From positions 172,431,561 to 172,475,599 of the forward strand of contig NC_068982.1 in the NCBI RefSeq assembly GCF_001194135.2: DNA of 44,039 nt, written 5' to 3'. Both the position numbers and the translations under genes were made by a program. The stretch is from Octopus bimaculoides (taxonomy: Eukaryota). The notes below the pieces were generated by a model, which saw only the letters and a list, made by a program, of their open reading frames with translations, did no database searches and was not told the DNA's origin. Positions 10,543 to 22,311 of this stretch are shown one piece after another. Position 1 is the first letter of the stretch; each line of letters opens with the position of its first letter.

Positions 10543-12004
10543 TCATTCTCGTTTATATTTGACATAACTGATGAACAATAACGTCCGAAGTTGCAAGTCT
10601 TCAAATGGCCTATCAGCAACGTCAACATTCACAGCCTTATTATCTACGTCTGCTATCAACACAGCCATTGATTGGTTATTACTAGATCTTCCCTTCGTTT
10701 CTGAGTGTTCTATAGTAATGTCTTTCTTCTCTCTCTTCTTTCTATATTTTCTAAGGAGAACCACCACACCTGGCAGGGTACCAGGCGCAACACTACCCAA
10801 TTCTTGTTTCACCTCTGGCTTCTTTTTATCAGCTCCTACATCAATTGTTTCTTTAACAAACTTTTTTTTCCAAAGGTAACATATTCAAATGCTCTTTGGC
10901 CCTTCTATTATCTTTGCAATCACCATGAAATTCATTCGTTTTAGAATTGAGTATAGAAACTGAACATGCTGAAGATGAGCTGTTTCCTACATCATCTTCA
11001 GTTTCATATTTTATTATCTGAGTTTTCATAACCTTATCATCTAAATCTTTCTCGATCTACACAGATTTTTGAGATACTGCTTTCTTGGAACTTGAGCTCA
11101 AATCTTGACAGGTATTCTTTTAATCCACTGCAGTGGCCTGTAACTGATTTGAACATTCAGAGCTTGTGGTAGGTTTCTGGAGGAGAGAAGTTACAACTTT
11201 ATTTGTGGCTCCAAGAAGAGAGGATTTTGAATTCAACACTTTCGCGGCAGGTTTTTCAACTTTCAGAGTTACACCATAAACAACGACCGGTTCGTTATCA
11301 TTACTTGAAGAGTTACTCCTCTTAGAACCTTCAACAGTCAGAACGGAAAGTGGTTTATCTGTGACTAGCATCAACATGTTCTCTTTACTCGCTACTGGTG
11401 ACATTTTCAAACTGATTGGTGAGTATTTTGCTGAAGAATTTTCCTTGACAACTGAAGAAGCAGAACGAAGTTTTTTCTGCTATTGTCACAGAGAGTTTCC
11501 TTTCACTTGCTGCTGGTAATATCAGACCATTCATTAAATCCGTTGATGATGAAGTAGTTTTTCTGCCAACACCGTTATCACCACCACTACTACTACTGGT
11601 GCTACAATCAGTGGTATCGGCAGAATGCTGTTTAATGCCACCAGGCTGTTGAAGTACGCCGACCACACCAGCTTTATCATTAACTTCAACGGAATCTGAT
11701 GAGAATTGTTTCCTCTGGGACACATTCTCATCCCGTTTGCTCTGCTTTTGCACCATACCGTCGACATTGTTCAGGCTGTGGAGGCTGAGATTTCATTACG
11801 TTTACAGATCTCGTTTTAGATTCGGAGACAGATTTAAAGTTGTTTCCGTGAGTGAAGAAGCATTTGTGTTTGGCAAGGGTTTTACTCCGACTGTAACGAT
11901 GGCAACAATTGGAGCATTGGAACAATCTCTTCTCGTTCTGATGTTGATGACTGTGCACACGGAGATTACACAGATACAGGAACTTTTTTAAGACAAGCAG
12001 AACA
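10543..12004 (-). pseudogene. Disabled C2H2 zinc-finger protein fragment with a long Ser/Lys-rich tail
   Basis: Reconstructed CSACLKKFLYLCNLRVHSHQH-QNEKRLF-QCSNCCHRYSRSKTLAKHKC (two fingers), then about 430 codons of coding-like sequence to the stop at 10543. Requires four frameshifts (about 11985, 11767, 11480, 10865; three in A-runs) and read-through of in-frame stops at 11120-11122 and 11057-11059. Confidence 0.75.
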
Positions 12005-12108
12005 CTAACCATAAGAGCATCACAGCAAACCACAGCACATACCCAAGGCACACACAGCTGCGCTCGGTAGTGAAGTGAAAGCACGTTATAAAAATAAAAC
12101 TACTGAAC

Positions 12109-12143
<35 letters not shown>

Positions 12144-12340
12144 CAATAATAATAGAAATTTAGGGGGAGGGGATGAGTCGATTACATCGACCCTAGTACA
12201 TAACTGGTACTTATTTAATCGACCCCCCCCCGAAAGGATGAAAGGCAAAGTCGACTTCGGAGGGATGTGAACTCAGAATGCAAAGACCGAAGAAATGCTG
12301 CTAAGTATTCTGTCCAGCATTCCAACGATTCTGCCAGCTA
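12109..12340 (-). mobile_element. SINE family B with (TAA)n tail
   Basis: Reverse complement of the family B head and core; tail at 12109-12152. Confidence 0.85.
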
Positions 12341-12629
12341 AATTGAAGACACTATTATTTCTAGGGGAGAACTTTGTTAGTGAGCCACAGAGAATAGTAA
12401 AACTAGACATCAGGCATGCAAATCTCATCTCGTCTTAAATATCTCGATGGGGATTGTGCGGTGTATTACTTAAGCTTAGCTAAAACTTAACTTCATTCCC
12501 CAGCGACAAGATTTTTCCATCCACGACTAATTTGCAGATAAAAAAAAATGAAACCAAGTCATTACATTTTTTTTTTCAAGCATCACAAGACAAATAAGTT
12601 TGACTTTGTTTCTCAATTCATTTTCCTTG

Positions 12630-13392
12630 CGAAGGCGCGTGGTTTAGTGGTGCGGAGTATTCAGCTCTCGATCGTAAGTTCAATACACGGCGGCGCGTTG
12701 TGTCTTTGAGCCAGACATTTTATCTTGCGTTGCTCTAGTTCACTCAGCTGGCAAAAATGTGTTGTACCTGTAATTCATAGTGCCAGCTTTGTCACCTTCT
12801 GTGTTACGCTGAATCTTCGAGAACTATGACAAGGGTACGCATGTCTGTGGAGTGCTCAGCCACTGGCACGTTAATTTCAGGAGCAGGAAGGCGGCGAACT
12901 GGCAGAAACGTTAGCATACCGGGCGAAATGCTTAGCAGTATTTCGTCTGCTGCTATGTTCTGAGTTCAAATTCCACCGAGGTTGACTTAGCCTTTCATCC
13001 TTTCGGGGTCGATTAAATAAGTACCAGTTACGCACTGGGGTCGATGTAATCGACTTAATCCCTTTGTCTGTCCTTGTTAGTCCCCTCTATGTTTAGCCCC
13101 TTGTGGGCAGAAAAAAAAAAAAGAAACATTAGCACGCTGGGTGAAATGCTTAGTGGTATTTCGTCTGTCTTTACGTTCTGAGTTCAAATTCCGCCGAGGT
13201 CGACTTTTCCTTTCATCCTTTCGGGGTCGATAAATTAAATACCAGTTGTGTACTGGGGTCGATCTAATCGACTGGCCCCCTTCCCCAAAAATTTAGGGCC
13301 TTGTGCCTTGAGTAGAAAAGAATATTTCAGGAGCAGGCAGTCCGTTGATCGGATCAACTGGAGCCCTCATCGCAGTAACCGACGGAGTCCCA
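12630..13392 (+). mobile_element. SINE family C (tRNA head, CORE-like segment, stem-loop tail) interrupted by a family B dimer
   Basis: 12630-12887 and 13338-13392 join into the same sequence as the copy at 24004-24394. Confidence 0.8.
12888..13323 (+). mobile_element. Two head-to-tail family B SINEs inside one 14-bp TSD
   Basis: TSD atttcaggagcagg at 12874-12887 and 13324-13337; the two units have different 3' tails. Confidence 0.88.
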
Positions 13393-13984
13393 GCTAGTCT
13401 TTTCCTTGTTTTAATCCTTAAACTTTCGCATTTACATGAAAAATTTAAGGATTTAGTCGTCGATTAAGATTATCGCTATTTCTCACTTGTAACATCTTAT
13501 GTTTTTCTACTTGCACAATGAATAAAAATCTGTTTTCTCGGACGAGACAACTCCAGTTAAAACAAGCTAAGTTAGTGTTAACAGAATTATGTAATATATA
13601 CATGCATAACTTATGTTACGGAATTTCGTGCTCCTGAAAATCTTACGGTAACTCGGAATTCCGCAATGCGATGTGTATTTGCATTGGATTTCAGGTTTCA
13701 AATTAAAAAGTGTTCCGGTAGATTTTTTTTTAATTAACACACCCATTTATATGCGTGAAAATAGGAATTTTAGAATACACTGTACTCAATACATACGTAT
13801 AAAATTGTGTGTTCTATATTCAATATATAGATTCTCATCGAATCTGTAATTTTACACGGTGTAACTTTTTCCTTTTCTAAACCATAGGATGTGATGTATA
13901 TAGCAACATATGTTGTTATTCAGTACCTTCAGAATCTCAAATTGTGCTCCATATCACGATTATTACTCATGAAATCAGTATTAA

Positions 13985-14146
13985 GGTGTTATGCTTACAG
14001 AAACGCTTAGTAGTATTTCTTCTGGTCTTACGTTCCGAGTTCAAATTCCATCTCCATCGACTTAGCTTTTCATCCTATTGGATCGATGTAACCCACTTAA
14101 CGATTCCCCTAAAATTAATGACCTTGTGCCAAAATTTGAAATCATT
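13985..14146 (+). mobile_element. SINE family B, diverged
   Basis: gttccgagttcaaattcc...cttttcatcc...gaccttgtgccaaaatttgaa. Confidence 0.7.
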
Positions 14147-14258
14147 ATCTCCGCCTTAGCGAAGGAATTGTTTTCAGTCGTGTTTGTTTGTTTGTCCGTG
14201 GACAAGATATCTCAAGAACCGCTGGATGGATTCGGATGAAACTTTCAGGGATGTTTTG

Positions 14259-15902
14259 ATTTTTTATTGTCCATACGGACTAACAAAGAGGGGACAATAC
14301 AATACATTTAGGGACATAGAACAAATGAAAAAAAATAATAAAACGTATGACAATGAATAAAGGAAAATGAGAAATGAAAATGAAATTACTTACCCTACCA
14401 AGTAACATCACTTACTTACCTTTACCTCTGTATTCCATTATGTCCAGTCCATAGTGTATTTTTAATTCCTTACAATCTATAGATTTTGGCAGTTTATTCA
14501 TGACATAGTTCACTTCCCATATTCCACATCCTTCTTTGTATCCTTTAATTTTGTTTATTTGCCATTCAGTAATTAATATACATGTATGTTCACCGCCACT
14601 ACACTCCTTATCCTCTACTCCAACATAAACTGAATTTTCCCACTCTAACGCAGTTTCAACCAGTTCTTCTTGTGCCTCCTCATATAATACACACGCATAA
14701 CAACAGGTGGGAGGGGAGGTTTGTGAATCCCTGTGTGTAACGTCTCTTCTTTTTTGTTTTTGTGTTGAAGAGGAGTGGGAAGGTTTAGTGTCTGCAGGGA
14801 GAGGGTGGGACGAAGAGGGTATGGGTGGGCATTGGGTAGTTGCGGGGTGGGGTTCTGCATGCGTGAGGTTTAGCTTCTTCCTCTTCATTTTCTTTTCCTT
14901 TTTCCGATGGTTTCCCACTCATTTTCTACCGTTTCTTTTTCCGCCTCTACTGGTATTATTCTATCTTCTTTTAATCTTTCCTGCCGTTCCACTTGTGGCT
15001 CCTCCTGGAGTTGCTGTCTTTCTGCTTCTTTGATCGGTGGAGGGCATTTCGCTCTTATGTGGCCCTTATGGCCACATTTAAAACAGCGAGAGATTCTGCC
15101 CGCCACCTTTACATTCATTATAGTTTCATTCACTGTCACCGTTTCAGCCATTTCTTCTATCGATTCTTTTGAACCTTGAATAATCATATTCAAGATTTGG
15201 CCTTTCCAATTCACACTTTTCGTTTTTGTGGCCAGGAGCACCGCTATCTTGTCCTCGGTACCAACCAAGACTGCAGCTGCTATCCAGGCCACATCTATCT
15301 CTGATGGAATTCCCTCCAATCCTACCCAGGACGCTCTCTGTCCCAGGTACATAGGTAGAAGTACTAACTCTTTGTTTCTCAGTGGTGTCACCGAGTGTTT
15401 CTTCGCCGTGTTTTCATTTTTGAACCCGACCTCAACCTCTCCGAATATTGACCCTCTGGCAAGATATATTATTTCTTGCCAGATTGGTCTCAGCGCCCTT
15501 TCTACTTGTTCCATTGTCATATGGTCAATTTTTCCCTTCTCAATTGAGTAGGTTCTGCAAGTCACCTTTCTTCCTTTCATTATTTTTGTTGTTTCCTGCA
15601 ACCGTCCCGACTTAATAGCTTCTTGTATTTTCCCATTTCGATCTCAACATTAGCATTCGATTCTCGGGCGACGTCTGCGAACTTCCTATTTCTTCGTTCC
15701 AATTCCTTATCCATAACTTTGATAGTTCTTAACAGTTCTTCTTCAGATGTTGACAGCTCCGACTCGCTAAGGTCTGAGTAAAACATTTTTTTTACTTGCC
15801 ATACTCCCCTCAAAACGCTGAGGGACAGCACAACCATACACGCCGCTGCAATGCAGCACAAAACAGATCGCAATACTTTTCAATAAACAACAGGTGTCAC
15901 GT
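14259..15902 (-). mobile_element. ORF1-only non-LTR retroelement (HAL1-like / half-Tx1)
   Basis: 18-bp TSD actttcagg(g/a)atgttttg at 14241-14258 and 15903-15920. About 100 bp 5' UTR, one gag-like ORF, about 150 bp 3' UTR ending AATAAA+AAA. No endonuclease or RT sequence inside the TSDs. Confidence 0.85.
14412..15786 (-). pseudogene. L1/Tx1-type ORF1 (gag-like nucleic-acid-binding protein) with CCHC zinc knuckle, about 458 aa reconstructed
   Basis: ORFs 15580-15873, 14885-15601 and 14412-14918 join through single-base frameshifts (about 15600 and 14900). Features: coiled-coil-like N-terminus, RRM-like VEVGF and VGLEGIPSEI segments, CFKCGHKGHIRAKC, and a charged/Pro-Ser linker. Confidence 0.85.
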
Positions 15903-16126
15903 ACTTTCAGGAATGTTTTGCCTTGTGACTAGCACGAACTGATAAGATTTTGGAATCGATCTATCACTGGACAAGGATTCTGGATTATTTTTCCAGATTT
16001 TTTACTTCATTTTTAGTATTCTTGTTTGTGAGAACAGTCGAGTTTATTTCAGATATTCTCATTTTAAAAAATTATCCCCGGCTAATCATTGAGAGGACAT
16101 TGGTGTTGCCTTGGCGGAGATTTGCG

Positions 16127-16271
16127 GGAGTGGAGCCCATGCAACCATTTCATTTCTCATTTTTATATAACATCTCATTTTCATTCATTTTATGCTTTTG
16201 TCCCCACTGTGATGCTGTGTATGTCTTTGTAGTGTCTCTTCTGTGTTGAGACAGTAGTGCCCAAACACACA
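16127..16271 (+). mobile_element. 145-bp 5'-truncated retroinsertion resembling an L1/Tx1 3' UTR
   Basis: Flanked by the near-duplicate ttggcggagatttgcg (16111-16126) and ttggtggagtttgcg (16272-16286). tttcatttctcatttt and tgtctcttctgtgttgag resemble the 3' UTR of 14259-14411 and the tail at 22843-22893. Confidence 0.5.
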
Positions 16272-16321
16272 TTGGTGGAGTTTGCGCTCTCTGAGTGCTC
16301 TTGTTATTAATTAAATTAAAT

Positions 16322-16465
16322 GAGCTCAAATTCCGCCGAGGTCAACTTTGCCGTTCATCCTTTCGGGGTCAATAAACTAAGTACCAGTTGACTACTGGGG
16401 GGGTCGATGTAATCGACCAGTCCCTTCCCCCAAATTTTCAGGCCTTGTGCCTATAGCAGCAAGGG
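16322..16465 (+). mobile_element. SINE family B, 5'-truncated
   Basis: ctcaaattccgccgaggtcaactttgccgttcatcctttcggggtc. Confidence 0.8.
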
Positions 16466-16834
16466 TTATCAATGAAATGAATTGCTAGATTTCTTTTTAT
16501 TTCTAGTCCGTCAGTAGCAGACTCGCAGCCCTTATTTGGAAGTATAGTAACCATGTCAACTAAATCTTCATTTAATTCCTATTCCTCAAACCGTTCCTCA
16601 ATTATTTCAGTTTTTATTAAAGGGCGTTATTCTAGTATTTATCTGCGTTTACATTTTGTACTCTTTGTACAACTCTGTCATACAGCTCTATTCGTGGCAA
16701 AGAAACCTCCCAACATGCATTTAAGGTGGTTTTCTTAATTTCACGAATTACTACAATAATTATCTTCATACAATGCAGGATATTAGGTGTTTTTTTTTTG
16801 TTTTTGTTTTTTTTTTGCCAGGTGCAGACGTCAT

Positions 16835-16978
16835 AGTCTGGAAAGAAATTTGCTTCCCAACCATATGGTTCTGGGTTCTAATATAGCACCGGGCCGACCA
16901 AAGATTTGGTCGACGGAAGCTGAAAAAAACAGCCCGTTTTATATGTATATATTTGTGTATGTATGTATGTATGTATGT

Positions 16979-17010
<32 letters not shown>

Positions 17011-17212
17011 TTCCACTAATACTACTTGACAACCAGTGTTAGTTTTTTTCTCTGTCTTTTTTCTATATTCCCATAATTTAGCGGTTTTGCATGAAGAGAC
17101 CATGTTTTAAAAAATAAGTACTGGGGTCAATTCGTTCGACTAAAAAAAAACCTATAAGGTGGTGCCCTGGCATGGCCGCAGTCTAATGACTGAAACAAGT
17201 AAAATATAAAAG
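16835..17212 (+). mobile_element. SINE family A
   Basis: Head, (TATG)/(TG)n core and 3' end catggccgcagtctaatgactgaaacaagt. Confidence 0.8.
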
Positions 17213-18351
17213 ACAACTGTGAAGCTATAATCTAGTTTTCTTTGCATCTCAGCCAGTATTTATCCTATACAAGTTTTTAACGTAATTACGAATTACACCT
17301 CGATCTGATAGTTATACGAGTTGTGTCGTGTTGGGCTTAAGAACAGAACTTTAATTCTAAGATGCCTTAAATTACTGGGATGTGATGAAGCGTTATTAAT
17401 TAGTAATAAAAATTTCAAGTCAACATTATTTCTTTTCTTTAAATTTCAGCTTCAGGATCAAAGTTTGCATAAAAATCTCTTTCGAATATTCTGGTAGTCA
17501 TTCCTGATTTCATTTTAGATGCACGCCAACGAACTAGAAGGGTATTTTTATTGAATCCTCTCACTGCATGCAGATTAAGAAATATGTTAATTACTAACGG
17601 CTTCCTGAAACAAACCCTAATGTGTGACTACATAATAATAATGCGATTCGATCTGCAGATGCTTTGGATCAGCTAACCATTTTTTTTTTTCTGTTCTTGA
17701 CATAAAAGTTCTTTTTGGTATTTTCTTCAAGAATAAACTTACTGGTTCCGTCAACATTAAATATTTCTTTTAAAGAAAAGGAACTTTCATCGATTATTCT
17801 AGTTAACTATAGCAAAACTTTCTTGGCACTTTTCTTAACGTTTCATCCATTACTACCATACAATTTAATATGATGCAAAAACTGCATTTTTTCCCCCAGC
17901 TTACTTCCGAAAATCCAGTTTATAGTTTATTAGAACTTTCATTTGTAATGTTAATTTGACCTCAAAATTCTTATTGCTTTTTGTCGTATAGCAAAACTAT
18001 CCTAAAGACAATAATGTTTTTTTTTTATCTTCTATCCAAAATGGCACGGTTTTTATCCATAGTTTCCTTGATATTACTACGAAGTGTATTTCGAACATTT
18101 TAAGATCTTTTGCATATACTGGCGATAATTATTTTTTCTTAATTTTCTTTTAATTCTTTAAACAGTTTATATTCGTTTATATTAAACTGCTTCACAATGT
18201 TTGTAAAACCCTTTTCATTTTGAAGCTGATTGAAAATTTTACCTTCATTTCTAGAGAAATTGATTTTATTGTCTATATTCGCTTTATTTCAAATCCAATC
18301 TTGGAAACTCTCAACAAAATATCATGAGATGGAGATTATGAATATCAACCA

Positions 18352-18780
18352 TGGCTGTGTGGTAAGAAGCTTACTTCCCAACAACATGATTCGGGGTTCA
18401 GTTCCACTACGTTGCACCTTGGGCAAGTGTCTTCTCCAATACCTTCGAGCCAACCAAAGCCTTGTGAGTGGATTTGGTAGACGGAAACTGAAAGAAGCCC
18501 GCTGTATATATATATAATATACATATATATGGCTACATACCTATGCATGTGTGTCTTTGGGTCTGTTTGTCCCTTACCTCACCCACGGACTGCTTGACAA
18601 CCGGTACTGGTGTGTTTACATCCTCGTAACCTAGCGTTCCGGCAACGGACCCCGATAGAATAAGTATCAGGCTTTAAAAAAACAAGTACTGGTGTCGATA
18701 CATTCAACCACAAATTCCTCCAGACGGTGCCCCAGCATGGCCGCAGTCTAATGACTGAAACCAGTACAAGAATAAAAAGG
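18352..18780 (+). mobile_element. SINE family A, full length
   Basis: tggctgtgtggtaagaagcttacttccc...through...cagcatggccgcagtctaatgactgaaacc. Confidence 0.9.
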
Positions 18781-20107
18781 AAAACGGGGGAAAGGCCACA
18801 AGGAACGTTTTTTAATACTAAATACACGATATAAGAAATTACAGTTTTTTAGAGGTTAAATACTTCCACAGGAAGTTTTTGTCTTCCAATTGTAGGGATA
18901 GCTCCAATATATCGAAACTTTTCAACTCTTCATATTACATATATGCACCACCCACAATCGTATACGCGTTTGGTATGCAGAGTGCTTCCTTTAGGTACTT
19001 TCCCTGAGTCATATAGCAGTTTACATACCTCAACTGATTATGTGGGACAACACAACCAAAATACAGCATAAATCTGATTGAAAGATATCAAAGCTTGTAA
19101 TGTCAAATGGTAAACTATTTTTACAAATTAAATTTTGCATGAACGAGCAAGAGGAAATAACTGCTGCCGAGAATGTAACAAAATCTGGTTGATATTCTAT
19201 GTTATTTTGTTTGTTTGGATGGGTATTTTTTCTTTTTTTTTTTCTGTATTTTCCCCTTTTTCTATTTTTGCTAAATGATTTTCAAATACCACCGCATAAC
19301 TCAATATCATTTCAGAAACAAACATAAATGCATCAACCAAATTATTTTTGGTTCTAGGCAGTTATTGCCTCTTGTTCATTCAAGCAAAATTTAATTTGTA
19401 AAATATTTTACCATCTAAAACATACATTGATCTATTTCTAAAAGAACCTTTATCATTATACCGCACCAAATTTCTGCGAACCCTCGCATTTTTTTATCTA
19501 ATATATGCAACTCAAACTCTCTGTGTTTTACGCGCTTATACACCAACACACACTCCTTTCTCTCTCTCTCTCTCTCTCGCACACACACATAGACTCACAA
19601 ACACTTACATACATACATACAAACATCAAGAACACAAATGCACATACTCTAGACTTCCCGCCTATAAATTTACCTTTTACAGAAACAACTTTTCCTCTGA
19701 AATGGTGGTGGTGGTGGTGGTGGTGGTGGTGGTCGCTCTTTCAATCGAATCGACGATGAAACTATGCTTTCTTAAACTTTTTAAATTGCTGATACTATCT
19801 TATTGACAACACCTGAAAGGAATCCAGTCGTGTCACCATTTTTCATGTCTGCTGAATATGAAATAATAGATTAAAAATTCAGTTTTCTCCGAAGTCAGAC
19901 GCTAGGCTAGTCTCAACAACTATATTAAAAATAATGAGGTTTTTTTTTTCTCAATTTTATTTATTTAACACTAAATAAAAGTAAACAATATAAGTAAATT
20001 ATTTACTCAATTACGACACACGAAGAAAAAATATTAATTTTCGACACTTTTTATTCATTTAAAAAGAAAATGTTATATATAAAAAAAATTCAAATATGGT
20101 AATTTAC

Positions 20108-20246
20108 TCTTTCTACTCTAGGCACAAGGCCCGAAATTTTGGGGGAGGGGAAGGGGGCCAGTCGATTAGATCGACCTCAGTACGTAACTGGTACTTAATT
20201 TATCGACCTCTAAAGAATGAAAGGCAAAGTCGACCTCGGCGGAATT
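20108..20246 (-). mobile_element. SINE family B, 5'-truncated
   Basis: Reverse complement of the core and tail. Confidence 0.8.
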
Positions 20247-20445
20247 AAATATGGTAATTTATTAAAGACGGTTCTTTCTCCAGAAATCGTTATTACTTCA
20301 TTTTAAAAAAAACAAATTCTAACAAAGAAATATTATGCGAAACAGTACGTCTTTTATTCCGTTGGTTCCCAACCTTGAAGATTACATCATCATCATCATC
20401 ATCATCATCGACATCATCATTATCACCATCATCATCACTATTATG

Positions 20446-20885
20446 AAGGCGGCAAGACGGCCGAATAGTTAGCATGCGAGAAAAGTGCTTAGCGGGATTT
20501 TGTCCGTTTTCATGCCCTGAGTTCAAATTCTACCGCAGTTGACTTTACCTTTCATCCTTTCGGGGTTGATAAAATAAGTACCAGTTAAACACTGGGGTCG
20601 ATGTAATGGACTTACCTCCTACCCAGAAATTACTTTCCTTACGCCTACATTTGATATCATCATTATTATTATGACAGCAAGCTGGCAGAATCGTTAGCAC
20701 CCTGGGCAGAATGCTTAGCGGCGTTTCGTCCGTCCTTACCTTCTGAATTCAAATTTCGCCGAGACCGACTTTGCCTTTCATCGTTTCGGTGTTGATAAAA
20801 TAAATACCAGTTGAACACTGGGTCGATGTAATCAACTTGTCTCCCCTTCCGAAATTGCTGGTCTTGTGCCAAAATTTGAAGCCAA
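20446..20885 (+). mobile_element. Two tandem family B SINEs (20446-20660, 20672-20885)
   Basis: Each has the head, gttcaaatt box and ctttcatc core. Confidence 0.85.
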
Positions 20886-21354
20886 TATTCTTGTTACATA
20901 CGTATATACATGTGTGTGTGTGTGTGTGCGTGTGCGCAACATGTGTATCCAAGAATTTTTATAATTCATGACGGGGCCTATTTTTGAGGGCCCTACCTTA
21001 GCTGCAAATTAGGTACTGGAAAAAGAAAAAGAAAAAAAAACTCACTGAATCCTCTTCCTTCCGTCAGTACCCAAAGCACGTACTTATTTTGCTTTATGGT
21101 GAATTCTGTCCGTCATAGCTGTGCTCAATCAGAATTGATCTGATGCTAAACAACAATAACAGTACGAAAACAATATGTATCCTCAAGGAACGCGATAAAG
21201 CAGCAGATATTTTCAAGGCATGACCGAAGTCTAATGGCTGAAATGAGAAAAAGATAAGAGCTATGTTACGTTTATGTATTTTTTTTGCAAGAAAAAAAAA
21301 GATATGACAATGAAACAAAAACAGTCGTATGATTCGACATGATGAACAAAGAAG

Positions 21355-21398
21355 TTAATCTAGCTGATCGTATGATGGGGAGACAACTGTGGATGACC
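21355..21398 (-). CDS. Candidate terminal coding exon of an unknown gene (GSSTVVSPSYDQLD*)
   Basis: Acceptor cctcactgatttcAG|G; phase matches the preceding candidate exon. No homology recognised. Confidence 0.3.
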
Positions 21399-21612
21399 CT
21401 GAAATCAGTGAGGGGTGGTTGTAGAGCGGATGAGATGAGGAAGAAGAAGTTTAAAAAATGCCATAGAATATTTGTGTTGCTTGGATGTGGCCTTTGAAAA
21501 TAAGTAAAATCGGTCATTGTCAGATTTAGGGAGAGAACAACAACAGTAGCGGAAAATATCACTACAACGACGACGACGAAGACGGCGGCGATCGCTTTTA
21601 CCATTGCAACTC

Positions 21613-21830
21613 TTTTATTCTTTTACTTGTTTCAGTCAACAGACTGTGGCCATGCTGGGGCAAGGCCTTGAGGAATTTTAGTCGAGCTAATAGACTTATT
21701 TTGAAGACTGGTACTTATGCTATCGGTCTTTTTTTTGGCCGAACAGCTAACTTACGAGGACATAAACACATCATCACCGGTTATCAATCGGTAGTGGGGG
21801 ACAAAGTCAGACACAGAGACACACAAACAC
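21613..21830 (-). mobile_element. SINE family A, 3' part
   Basis: ttttacttgtttcagtcaacagactgtggccatgctgggg... Confidence 0.75.
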
Positions 21831-21835
21831 ATACA

Positions 21836-21911
21836 AAAGAAGAAGAAGAAGAAGAAGAAGAAGAAGAAGAAGAAGAAGAAGAAGAAGAAGAAGAAGAAGA
21901 AGAAGAAGAAG
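21836..21911. repeat. (GAA)n microsatellite
   Basis: Perfect trinucleotide run. Confidence 0.95.
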
Positions 21912-22311
21912 CGAAACCAAAGCAGCCGTGATCCATCAAGAGAAATCTAGCTCGATAGACTTGTTAGAAGTAGCCAAATGAATCTTAAATCCCACCCTAC
22001 TGTCTTGATATTGCATATTGTGATCACTTTTAGATGGAGCATTTTGGATAAATCTTTTTACTAAAGCACAAGGAAATTATGGAGAGGCGCTAGTCGATTA
22101 CATCGATCCCAGTACTTGCCAGTTTTTTAATTTTTTTTATATTTTGTCGACCTTGAAAGGCAAAGTTGACTTCAGCGGGATTTGATCTCAGAACGTAATG
22201 AGCTGAAAAAATACCTTGCAGTGACTGGACCTGAACCATGGGGTTGTATATAATAATGATTTATTGTTTTGAAAAATACTGAATTTCATATCTATCTATC
22301 TATCTATCTAT

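Larger units (their letters stand above)
14149..16305 (+). mobile_element. DINE-1/HINE-like non-autonomous Helentron (about 335 bp when inserts are removed) hosting two retroinsertions
   Basis: Subterminal inverted repeats ctccgcc (14149) and ggcggag (16113-16119), (GTTT)n microsatellite, 3' hairpin gcgctc-tct-gagtgc. Pieces at 14149-14258, 15921-16126 and 16287-16305. Confidence 0.6.

Noticed and set aside
10973-11000. ctgaagatga/tcatcttcag inverted repeat resembling a hammerhead core
   Set aside because: No GAAA or stem III arrangement; it lies inside the zinc-finger pseudogene reading frame.
8847-17500. Plus-strand acceptor-like sites (about 8847, 13888, 16506, 17449)
   Set aside because: No phase-consistent, protein-like chain could be built. 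They show the chance rate of such signals, which is why the minus-strand model is given low confidence.
21047-21140. Further minus-strand exon-like segments (EFTIKQNKYVLWVLTEGRGF; DMKNGDTTGFLSG at 19851; donor at 39516)
   Set aside because: Each has only one strong splice site or cannot be placed unambiguously. A vague resemblance to a class C GPCR ligand-binding domain was too weak to claim.
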